Shown piece by piece: positions 25,676 through 33,383 of a DNA stretch of 33,481 nucleotides. The DNA lies in assembly GCA_964509925.1 (NCBI GenBank), contig CAZDZI010000005.1, positions 1 through 33,481 of the forward strand. The letters run 5' to 3'. Positions within the stretch are counted from its first letter, which is position 1. The number at the start of each line of letters is the position of its first letter. The position numbers and the translations under genes are program-made. Origin of the DNA: Candidatus Woesearchaeota archaeon (lineage in GTDB: Archaea; Nanobdellota; Nanobdellia; Pacearchaeales; GW2011-AR1). The notes under the pieces were generated by a model. It did no database searches. It saw nothing but the letters and a program-made list of their open reading frames with translations, and was not told the origin of the DNA.

Positions 25676-28600
25676 TGTTTTGGAAAAAACCATATGCCAG
25701 AGTAATGATTCAGATTTTTTTAGTTGTAAGTATGAGCATTGCATTTTCATTTATTGTTAATGAAGGAGAGAAAAATTTAGTTTCTGCTGCAGAAGTTGGA
25801 GATTTTATAAGTACCTGCATTGAATCTAATGAGGGAACAATTTGTCAAGAATTTTTAAAAGAGGATTGTAATTCTAATTGTAAAGAAAGTTGTATTGAAA
25901 ATTCAAGAGATAATGTCCCAGAATGTGAATTAGGAACTTGTTATAATCCTGTAGAAGGAGATTGTTTACCTAATTCTCCTAAAAAATCCTGTGAAGATTT
26001 TGGGGGAGAATGGAATGAAGATGTGGTGGGAAATCTTCCTGAATGTGAATTAGGTTGTTGTCTTACAGGAGAACAAGCTAGCTTTATTACTGAACAAGGA
26101 TGTAGAAGGATAAGAGAAACTACTGGAATCCTTACTCAATTTAAACCAGAAATAAATGATGAATTAAGTTGCTGGCAAGAAGCAAGAGCTCAGAAAAAAG
26201 GGGCATGTATCTTAAGGGAAGGGGAAGGAGTGTGTAGACTTCTTACCCAAAGAAGATGCTCTCAATTAAATGGAGATTTTTTTGAAGACTTTTTATGTTC
26301 TCATCCAGATTTAGAAACTGATTGTGAAAAACAAATTTCTACAAATTGTATTGAAGGAGAAGATGAAATTTATTGGATAGATAGTTGTGGTAATAGAGAA
26401 AATATTTATGAAGGAAGTAGTTCAAGTCAAAAAGATCATAGTTGGAATGAAGGAAAAATCTTATTAAAATCAGATGCATGTTTTTTGACAGATTCTAATT
26501 CTGATGTTTGCGGAAATTGTAATTTACTGGGAGGTTCAACTATTTGTGGGGATAAAACATTTTCAGAAAGATTAAAAGATGGTGAACAAGATGTTGTTTG
26601 TAAAGAAGCTTCTTGTATTGATGAAGAAGGGAATATAAGAGAACACGGAGAGTCTTGGTGTTTTTACCAAGGAGCTGCAAATCCTGATGAAGGAGATAGA
26701 GGATATTTAAGATCTGTTTCAACTCCTGGAAGTAAAAATTTTAAATTATGGTGTTATGAAGGAGAAATATCTAATGTTTCTTGTGGAGAAAGAAGAGATA
26801 AAATCTGTGAAGAATCTCAAGTAGAAAAAGCAGACGGGGGCACAATAAGTACTGCTATGTGTAGAAGTAATCTTGCAGACCAATGTATTGGATATAACTT
26901 TGAAGATGATGGGATGGAACTATGTAATGAAAATCCAGATTGTTATGCAAAAAAAGTTGATGTTTCTCAGTCAAAATTTAAATTTAATTTCTGTGTTCCA
27001 AAATATCCTAAAGGATTTAATATGGAAAGCTCTTCACAAGTAGCAGAAGATACTTGCGGGATTGCTTCAATGACTTGTAATGTTGCAAAAATAAAAAAAG
27101 TTGGAAAAGATAAATGGATAAATAAAGGGTGTTTAAGGGAAGGCTTTACAAAACAGATGAATGATTTTTGTATGTCTTTAGGAGATTGTGGTGCGAGTGT
27201 TAATTATATTGGAGAATTTTCAGATTCTGGTTATAGGATTAAAAAGGCTCCAAAATTAGGGAATAGCTACATCCAAAAACTAAAAACTTATTCTATTCCA
27301 AATCCTCTTGACTTCATTAAAAGTGCTTCAATACTTTCATTTGTTGGAAGTTTAGGGCTAGGAAATAAAGGAGAAATTCCTAGTGATTGGGAGGATGAAG
27401 GAGATATTACTAAAGAAGAAGGGTTTGAAAGCTTTTTACAAGGCGCAGGTTTTGGGGGGATGGCATTAAAATCTCTTGCACCAAGTACTGGTGCATTCGC
27501 TCCTTTTGTAACAGCAATTGCAGGTGCAGCAATTGGAGCTGCTATTGCAGGGTATGCTATTGAAAAAACAGGCATTAGTGCAGGAATAAGTCCTGCATTA
27601 GCTTATGCTTTAATTGGAACTGCAGCAGTTGGAGGAGCAATGGTAGCTCTTGCACCTACTGGACCAGTAGGATGGATAATCATAGCAGTGGTGTTAATTG
27701 TTATTGGTGTTTTAAAATTAGTAGGAATAGGAGATGTAAAAATATACAAAGTTACATTTACCTGTAAAGCTTGGCAACCTCCAACAGGTGGAGAAGATTG
27801 TAGTAAATGTTATGATGATGACTTAGGTTGTTCAAAATATTCTTGTGAAAATTTGGGAGCTGGATGTAAATTTGTAAATGAAGGCAGTATCTTTGAAGAA
27901 TGTAAATATGTTCCATCAGATGCAAGTCCCCCACAAATTAATCCAAATTATGAGGTATTAACAGAAGGGTTTAGTTATGAAAATATTTCTAATAAAGGAT
28001 TTAAAGTTGCTGCCCCCACAGAAGGAGGTTGTATTCCTGCATTTACTCCAGTAACTATTGGATTAACACTTAATGAACCAGGAAGATGTACTTTTTCAGT
28101 TGAAAATGTTGCATTTGATGAAGGAGAGATTCTTGGTTTTTTAGATGAAGGAGAATATAATCCAGAAGACTTTGGCCTTGGAGATGAATTTTTAGGATTA
28201 ATAGGGGAAGACGATTCATTGCAAGATTATGATGAAGATGAAGATTTTCAAATAGACCCTGGAATGGATGAATTTTATTTTGGAGGAAATAATTTATTTT
28301 TAGAAAATCACACTCATCCAATATATCTTCCTAGTCTTGGAAGTTTAGGAGTTGGAGGATTTAGCCCAGATAGAAGAGTTGATTTTGAATTAAAAATAAG
28401 GTGCGAAGACACAGATGGAAATAAAAATCCAGTAGATTATGTCATAAAAACTTGCTTAATGCCTGAAAAAGATATTTTTCCTCCAATAGTTATGACTTAT
28501 GACCCTTTAGATAATTTAACAAACCATAATTCATCAGAACAAAAGATTTCCATTTATACTAATGAACCAGCTGAATGTAAATGGAGTTCAATGGATAAAG

Positions 28601-29364
28601 ATTATAATAATATGGAAAATTATATGGAATGTGAAAATGAACCAGAAGATGTAAAACCAAGAGGATTTGAATGTTCTACAAATCTTGCTGTGAATTCTGA
28701 AAATATTACTTATTATGCTCGTTGTTTAGACCAACCATGGCTTAAGGGAACAGAAAATGAAAGTGAAAGACATGCTATGGAAAAGAGCCATGTTATTAGC
28801 TTGAAAAGAAGTGAGCCATTAGAGATTATCTCTCTGTCTCCAAAAGATAATGAAGTTTTAACATTTGGTACTGAACCTGCTTCATTAAAAGTTGAGATTA
28901 AAACTTCTGGTGGAGGATATAATGGAAATGCGGAATGTTCATATTTATTTGAAGAAAATTGGATTACTCTTGCAGACACTTTTGATGATGAGCATGAACA
29001 AATATTTAATCAGTTTAGTTCAGGTAAAAAAGAATTAAATATTAAATGCGAAGATATTATTGGTAATGTGGCTTATGAAACTTCTAATTTTAAAATTGAT
29101 ATAGATAATACAGCTCCAGAAGTTGTAAGAGCATATTATGAATTAAACAACTTAAAGATTATAACTAATGAACCAGCTGTTTGTTACTATGATTATTATG
29201 GTTGTAATTTTGACGTAGATAATGCTAGTTCAATGACTTTTGGGCTTTCTACAACTCACTCTACTGACTGGGAAGTTGGAAAAACCTATTATATTAAATG
29301 TATAGATACTTGGAGAAATTGGAAATCTGGTTGTTCTAAGATTATAAAACCTGGAGAGTTTTAA
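25672..29364 (+). CDS. Giant cysteine-rich membrane/surface protein, cassette copy 1 (B1, about 1230 aa)
   Basis: Its ATG overlaps the A1 stop (ATGA). Layout: Sec-type signal, a Cys-rich ectodomain of about 540 aa (PECELG.C twice, EHGESWC, CVPKYPKGFN), a Gly/Ala-rich TM cluster (about 27427-27730), an acidic linker, and three modules bearing NEP[AG].C. Confidence 0.8.
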   Translation: MMFWKKPYARVMIQIFLVVSMSIAFSFIVNEGEKNLVSAAEVGDFISTCIESNEGTICQEFLKEDCNSNCKESCIENSRDNVPECELGTCYNPVEGDCLPNSPKKSCEDFGGEWNEDVVGNLPECELGCCLTGEQASFITEQGCRRIRETTGILTQFKPEINDELSCWQEARAQKKGACILREGEGVCRLLTQRRCSQLNGDFFEDFLCSHPDLETDCEKQISTNCIEGEDEIYWIDSCGNRENIYEGSSSSQKDHSWNEGKILLKSDACFLTDSNSDVCGNCNLLGGSTICGDKTFSERLKDGEQDVVCKEASCIDEEGNIREHGESWCFYQGAANPDEGDRGYLRSVSTPGSKNFKLWCYEGEISNVSCGERRDKICEESQVEKADGGTISTAMCRSNLADQCIGYNFEDDGMELCNENPDCYAKKVDVSQSKFKFNFCVPKYPKGFNMESSSQVAEDTCGIASMTCNVAKIKKVGKDKWINKGCLREGFTKQMNDFCMSLGDCGASVNYIGEFSDSGYRIKKAPKLGNSYIQKLKTYSIPNPLDFIKSASILSFVGSLGLGNKGEIPSDWEDEGDITKEEGFESFLQGAGFGGMALKSLAPSTGAFAPFVTAIAGAAIGAAIAGYAIEKTGISAGISPALAYALIGTAAVGGAMVALAPTGPVGWIIIAVVLIVIGVLKLVGIGDVKIYKVTFTCKAWQPPTGGEDCSKCYDDDLGCSKYSCENLGAGCKFVNEGSIFEECKYVPSDASPPQINPNYEVLTEGFSYENISNKGFKVAAPTEGGCIPAFTPVTIGLTLNEPGRCTFSVENVAFDEGEILGFLDEGEYNPEDFGLGDEFLGLIGEDDSLQDYDEDEDFQIDPGMDEFYFGGNNLFLENHTHPIYLPSLGSLGVGGFSPDRRVDFELKIRCEDTDGNKNPVDYVIKTCLMPEKDIFPPIVMTYDPLDNLTNHNSSEQKISIYTNEPAECKWSSMDKDYNNMENYMECENEPEDVKPRGFECSTNLAVNSENITYYARCLDQPWLKGTENESERHAMEKSHVISLKRSEPLEIISLSPKDNEVLTFGTEPASLKVEIKTSGGGYNGNAECSYLFEENWITLADTFDDEHEQIFNQFSSGKKELNIKCEDIIGNVAYETSNFKIDIDNTAPEVVRAYYELNNLKIITNEPAVCYYDYYGCNFDVDNASSMTFGLSTTHSTDWEVGKTYYIKCIDTWRNWKSGCSKIIKPGEF

Positions 29365-29390
29365 TTCTTCAATAGTAACAAATAATAAGA

Positions 29391-29398
29391 TTTAAATA
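29391..29398 (+). promoter_or_regulatory. TATA-like box for the leaderless lipobox gene at 29420
   Basis: TTTAAATA ends 22 nt before the ATG. Confidence 0.35.
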
Positions 29399-29419
29399 GT
29401 TTAAATTGCTGGAAAAAAT

Positions 29420-29454
29420 ATGAAAAAAACACTTACTAAATTAGCACTTTTAGG
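29420..29454 (+). repeat. 35-nt exact direct repeat, copy 1 (5' end of L1)
   Basis: ATGAAAAAAACACTTACTAAATTAGCACTTTTAGG is identical to 29934-29968. The sequences diverge immediately afterwards. Confidence 0.9.
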
Positions 29455-29932
29455 AACAGGCTTAGCACTTGGAGGTTTAGCTAGTTCTGGCTGTGTAGGA
29501 GAACAACTTGCAGGAGAAATTGGGCTTGGTTTAGCAGTTGGTGCTGCTGAACAGAAAATTGCTCATGAAGTTAATTCAAAACAAACAAATGTTAATGTTT
29601 ACAATCAAGGAAATGGTCAAGAAATTCCCCTTACAATGGTAAGGGAATATTATATTGATGAAAATTTTTTAGATGGTACTGAAAAAGATAAAAAAGAAGC
29701 TAGATCTATCTATAAGGCTCTTGTATTAGAAACCCTATACCTTAAAATGAAAACTCGAAAAGAATTTTATGACAAACTAAAAACCATTGATTTAAGTTAT
29801 TGCTCAGAAGGATTTAAGGAAAGTTTTGAAAAATATATTGAAGAATGTAAAAAAAGCACTCCAAATGTTGTAAAGAGTTGGGGGAAAGTGATGCAAGAAG
29901 CAATAAAAGAAGGGGTTAGACCAAAAAAATAA
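29420..29932 (+). CDS. Lipobox protein L1 (170 aa), unknown function
   Basis: MKKTLTKLALLGTGLALGGLASSGC is a signal with a lipobox-like SSGC. The remainder is hydrophilic and helical. Confidence 0.7.
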   Translation: MKKTLTKLALLGTGLALGGLASSGCVGEQLAGEIGLGLAVGAAEQKIAHEVNSKQTNVNVYNQGNGQEIPLTMVREYYIDENFLDGTEKDKKEARSIYKALVLETLYLKMKTRKEFYDKLKTIDLSYCSEGFKESFEKYIEECKKSTPNVVKSWGKVMQEAIKEGVRPKK

Positions 29933-29933
29933 T

Positions 29934-29968
29934 ATGAAAAAAACACTTACTAAATTAGCACTTTTAGG
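29934..29968 (+). repeat. 35-nt exact direct repeat, copy 2 (5' end of L2)
   Basis: Identical to 29420-29454. Confidence 0.9.
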
Positions 29969-31031
29969 GGCAGGAGTATTGGCTACTTCTGGTTGTATTG
30001 ATCAATGGACTCCTCAAGGACATGCTCTTGTAAATAATATATTACATACTGCAATAAAACACGGAGTTACAAGAGCTGTGAATCCTCAACAACCAGCTCA
30101 AACAAATGTTTATGTTCAAGGGAATCAACAAGTTCAAGAGGGAGGTTGGCAAGTTCAAGGAGATTGGCAAGTGCAAGTGCCTGCTCAACCAGAAAGAAGA
30201 AAAACAGATATTCCTGAAGGAATTCATTCCTATACTTCTCTGAAAGATAAAGATGGCGATGGAAAAATAGATACTTTTGAATTAGAAAAATATGATAAAA
30301 CAAAATTTGATGTTCAAGACCCAGGAGAAATTATGTTTTTATTTAATAAGGGAGATTATGAAGGGGAAATAAAATGGTATATTCAAGAAGGTTGGGAATC
30401 TAAATTACCTAAATATCCTTCTCAAACTCAAAAAGGGAAAAAAGGAGAAATTCAAACGATAATTATGAATAAAGAGGTATTGAAGAGGAATAATAAGTAT
30501 AAAATTACTACAGTTACTGATGATGGAAAAGAATATGCGATGAAGATTGAAATTGATGGAATAAAATTTTGGAATGAAAATACTCCTCAAGGAATTTTTG
30601 TGTATAATAAATGGGAAGATAAAGATAAAGATAGAATTAAAGAAAAAGATGAATTAAAAGGTTTAGGAAAAAGGGTATTTGATTTAAGTAAAGAAAATAT
30701 GTTTGTACTCTTTCACTATCCTAATCAAAAAGGAAATGTAAGATTTAGATTATATGATGAAAAAGGCAAATTAATTAGAGAAACAACTGACTATAATTCT
30801 GGGGAATTTGTAAAAGGTAGATTTACTGGTCCAAAATCCCCTTTAAATCCTAAAGGAGATTTTATGGATTATTTAAAAGATTCTGGTCCTGGAAAATATA
30901 GAATAACAGCAAATGCAGAAGGGGTTACTAATGAATATGCTATTAATGTTGAAGTAATTGGGAATGAAAAATCACCTAAAGTTAAAACTCCAGAAAAAGT
31001 TGAACCTAAAGCTGAATCTTCTAAAGAATAA
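29934..31031 (+). CDS. Lipobox protein L2 (365 aa) with an EF-hand-like Ca-binding loop
   Basis: MKKTLTKLALLGAGVLATSGC. A canonical EF-hand loop DKDGDGKIDTFE lies at 30246-30281. A second, degenerate loop is DKDKDRIKEKDE. A WQVQ mini-repeat is also present. Confidence 0.7.
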   Translation: MKKTLTKLALLGAGVLATSGCIDQWTPQGHALVNNILHTAIKHGVTRAVNPQQPAQTNVYVQGNQQVQEGGWQVQGDWQVQVPAQPERRKTDIPEGIHSYTSLKDKDGDGKIDTFELEKYDKTKFDVQDPGEIMFLFNKGDYEGEIKWYIQEGWESKLPKYPSQTQKGKKGEIQTIIMNKEVLKRNNKYKITTVTDDGKEYAMKIEIDGIKFWNENTPQGIFVYNKWEDKDKDRIKEKDELKGLGKRVFDLSKENMFVLFHYPNQKGNVRFRLYDEKGKLIRETTDYNSGEFVKGRFTGPKSPLNPKGDFMDYLKDSGPGKYRITANAEGVTNEYAINVEVIGNEKSPKVKTPEKVEPKAESSKE

Positions 31032-31057
31032 ACTATTTTTTATTTATAGTAAAAAGT

Positions 31058-31065
31058 TTATAAAT
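31058..31065 (+). promoter_or_regulatory. TATA box (AAAGTTTATAAA context) for the second cassette copy
   Basis: TTTATAAA ends 21 nt before the ATG at 31086. Confidence 0.4.
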
Positions 31066-31085
31066 CACAAAATCATATTATTTTA

Positions 31086-31841
31086 ATGAAAAAGAGAGGT
31101 CAAGTCACTATATTTATTATATTAGCAATTGTAATTGTTGCTATGGGAATTCTTATTTATATGTTCTATCCACAAATTAAAAGTGCCTTAGGGTTTGAAC
31201 AACAAAATCCCAATGCATTTATTCAAAGTTGCTTGCAAGATAAAATTAAAGAAACCGTGAGTATTTTAAGTCCACAGGGAGGGGTTTTAGAACCAGAATT
31301 TTACTATACATATCAAGATGATAAAATAAAATATCTTTGTTACACTAATCAAGATTATGAAACCTGCACAGTTCAGGAACCTATGTTAAAACAAACTACT
31401 GAATCTGAAATTAAAAAAGATATTAATGAGGAGGTTAAAGAGTGTTTTGATGAACTTGAAAGCGCATTTAGGGGAAGAGGTTATCAAGTTGATTTAAAGA
31501 GAAAAGAATTTGCAGTTGAATTACTTCCAAAAAGAATTGTTACAAGATTTAACTATACTCTATCATTAAAAAAAGGTGATGAAACTGAAAGCTATAATGA
31601 ATTTATGATAGTTTTAAACAATAATCTTTATGAATTGATTTCTATTGCTAATAGTATTGTAAGTTATGAATCCACCCTGGGAGATATTGAGACTACAACC
31701 TATATGGATTATTATCATGATTTAAAAGTTGAAAAGAAAAAACAAACAGATGGAACCACAATCTATATACTTACAGACTTAAATACTGAAGACAAATTCC
31801 AATTTGCTTCAAGAAGTGTTGTATTCCCTCCAGGGTATTAA
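31086..31841 (+). CDS. Class III signal (pilin-like N-terminus) protein, cassette copy 2 (A2)
   Basis: MKKRGQ/VTIFIILAIVIVAMGILIYMF. Paralog of 24923-25675. Confidence 0.7.
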   Translation: MKKRGQVTIFIILAIVIVAMGILIYMFYPQIKSALGFEQQNPNAFIQSCLQDKIKETVSILSPQGGVLEPEFYYTYQDDKIKYLCYTNQDYETCTVQEPMLKQTTESEIKKDINEEVKECFDELESAFRGRGYQVDLKRKEFAVELLPKRIVTRFNYTLSLKKGDETESYNEFMIVLNNNLYELISIANSIVSYESTLGDIETTTYMDYYHDLKVEKKKQTDGTTIYILTDLNTEDKFQFASRSVVFPPGY

Positions 31842-31842
31842 A

Positions 31843-33381
31843 ATGAAAAAAAATAATTTAATTAAAATCAGTATTTTTTTCTTAGTTGGAATTTTTTTAA
31901 TTTCAATGGTTTCTGCTGAAATTTCTTATTGTTGTGAAAAAACAACTTATGGTGCTTGGTGCCAGAATGAAGAACAAGAAAAATGTGACAGTGATTTTAC
32001 AATTGCTCCAACTTCTTGTGAAGCTAGTAGTTTTTGTAGACAAGGATGTTGTTATAATAGTCAAGAAGGAGAATGTATGGAAAATACTCCTCAAAAAGTT
32101 TGTTTAGAAAAAAATGGTGTTTGGAGTGATAACCCTAATTGTGAAATTCCTCAATGTGAATTAGGTTGTTGTTTAATTGGAGACCAGGCAGCATTTGTTA
32201 CTCAAACTCGTTGTAAAAGATTATCAAATTTATATGGATTAGAAAATAATTTTAGAACTGACATTGAGGGAGAAACTCAATGTATTTTAAGTGCTACCTC
32301 AGATGTTGAAGGTGCTTGTATATTTGTTAAAGAATTTGAAACAACTTGTAAAAGAACAACTAAACAAGAATGTAGTGAACTTAAAGCAACTAGCGAAGAT
32401 GACGTTGATTTTTATGAAGGAAAGCTATGTTCTAGTGAAGAACTTGGAACTAATTGTGCTCCTACTGATAAAACAACTTGTGTAGAAGGTGAAGATGCTG
32501 TTTTCTTTTTAGATAGTTGTGGCAATTTAGCTAATGTTTATGATTCTACTAAAAGAGATAGTAAAAATTATTGGGCAGAAATAAAAGATGTTTCTGAAAG
32601 CTGTGGTTATGGAACAAATGGAAATCCTAGTTCAAGAACATGTGGTAATTGTGATTATTTTCTTGGAACAACTTGTAAAGAATATGAAAGAGGTACAGAT
32701 GCTGGAGCCCCAAATTATGGAGATAATATTTGTAGAGATTTAGGGTGTTCTTATGAAGGTGATAGATATGAACACGGAGAGTCATGGTGTGCTATTGTTT
32801 CTGATGGAGAAATAATTATTGGTAAAGATGATACTTTTAATGAAAAAAATTTACAAGAAAAAAATAGCCCTGGAAGCAGATACTTTAGATTACTTTGTTA
32901 TAATGGAGAAGTTCTTAATGAGCCTTGTGCGGATTTTAGAACAGAGGTTTGTATTCAAAGCAATATTGGAGAGTATAGAGTTGCAGCTTGTAGAGCAAAT
33001 AGATGGCAAGATTGTGCTTCTCAAGGAGATACAAAAGATTGTGAAAATGAAGCTAAAAGAGATTGCCAATGGATAGAGATAGAAGACATTATGTCTGGTT
33101 GTGTTCCAAAATATTCTCCAGGATATAATTTCTGGGAGGAAAGTGAAACTGCTTGTGAAGCAGCAAATGTACAATGCAGTATTTCTTACGAACAAAGACT
33201 TTTACAAAAAGAATGGGATTGTGAAGAAAATTGTAATTGTGAAAAAGATTCTTGGGCAGAAAAAGCAAATAAACTTTGCGGGTATATGGGAGATTGTGGG
33301 ATTAAAGATAACTTCTTAGGGTATGAAGGATTTTTCGAGATTAAAGATTTACATAAAGTAGGAAAATTAAAGAAAGAATAA
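31843..33381 (+). CDS. Cysteine-rich secreted protein, cassette copy 2 (B2); homologous to the N-terminal ~540 aa of B1 only
   Basis: The ATG at 31843 lies 1 nt after the A2 stop. Signal peptide ...LISMVSA/E. Blocks shared with B1: PQCELGCCL.G.QA.F.T, C.EGED..F.LDSCGN, EHGESWC, PGS..F.L.CY.GE and CVPKYSPGYN. Confidence 0.8.
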   Translation: MKKNNLIKISIFFLVGIFLISMVSAEISYCCEKTTYGAWCQNEEQEKCDSDFTIAPTSCEASSFCRQGCCYNSQEGECMENTPQKVCLEKNGVWSDNPNCEIPQCELGCCLIGDQAAFVTQTRCKRLSNLYGLENNFRTDIEGETQCILSATSDVEGACIFVKEFETTCKRTTKQECSELKATSEDDVDFYEGKLCSSEELGTNCAPTDKTTCVEGEDAVFFLDSCGNLANVYDSTKRDSKNYWAEIKDVSESCGYGTNGNPSSRTCGNCDYFLGTTCKEYERGTDAGAPNYGDNICRDLGCSYEGDRYEHGESWCAIVSDGEIIIGKDDTFNEKNLQEKNSPGSRYFRLLCYNGEVLNEPCADFRTEVCIQSNIGEYRVAACRANRWQDCASQGDTKDCENEAKRDCQWIEIEDIMSGCVPKYSPGYNFWEESETACEAANVQCSISYEQRLLQKEWDCEENCNCEKDSWAEKANKLCGYMGDCGIKDNFLGYEGFFEIKDLHKVGKLKKE

Positions 33382-33383
33382 AA

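Noticed and set aside
25672-27300. Idea that the B1/B2 Cys-rich ectodomain followed by a TM cluster is an archaeal class II fusogen (fusexin/HAP2-like)
   Set aside because: The resemblance is only gross architecture: a large disulfide-rich ectodomain followed by several TM helices. I cannot see diagnostic motifs by eye. It is kept only as a structure-prediction comparison to run, not as a call.
27288-27575. 95-aa antisense ORF rich in Ala/Pro inside B1
   Set aside because: It is a mirror frame of the GC-richer Gly/Ala-coding TM cluster. Such segments routinely give open antisense frames.
29420-29968. The 35-nt exact repeat considered as terminal repeats of a mobile element
   Set aside because: Both copies are in direct orientation and encode the same signal-peptide start of two adjacent genes. 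No transposase or integrase is present. Gene conversion or duplication is the simpler reading.
30110-30190. Short tandem repeat GGCAAGT[TG]CAAG in L2
   Set aside because: It is in-frame and encodes a WQVQ mini-repeat in a Q-rich linker. It is too short to call a regulatory or slippage element.
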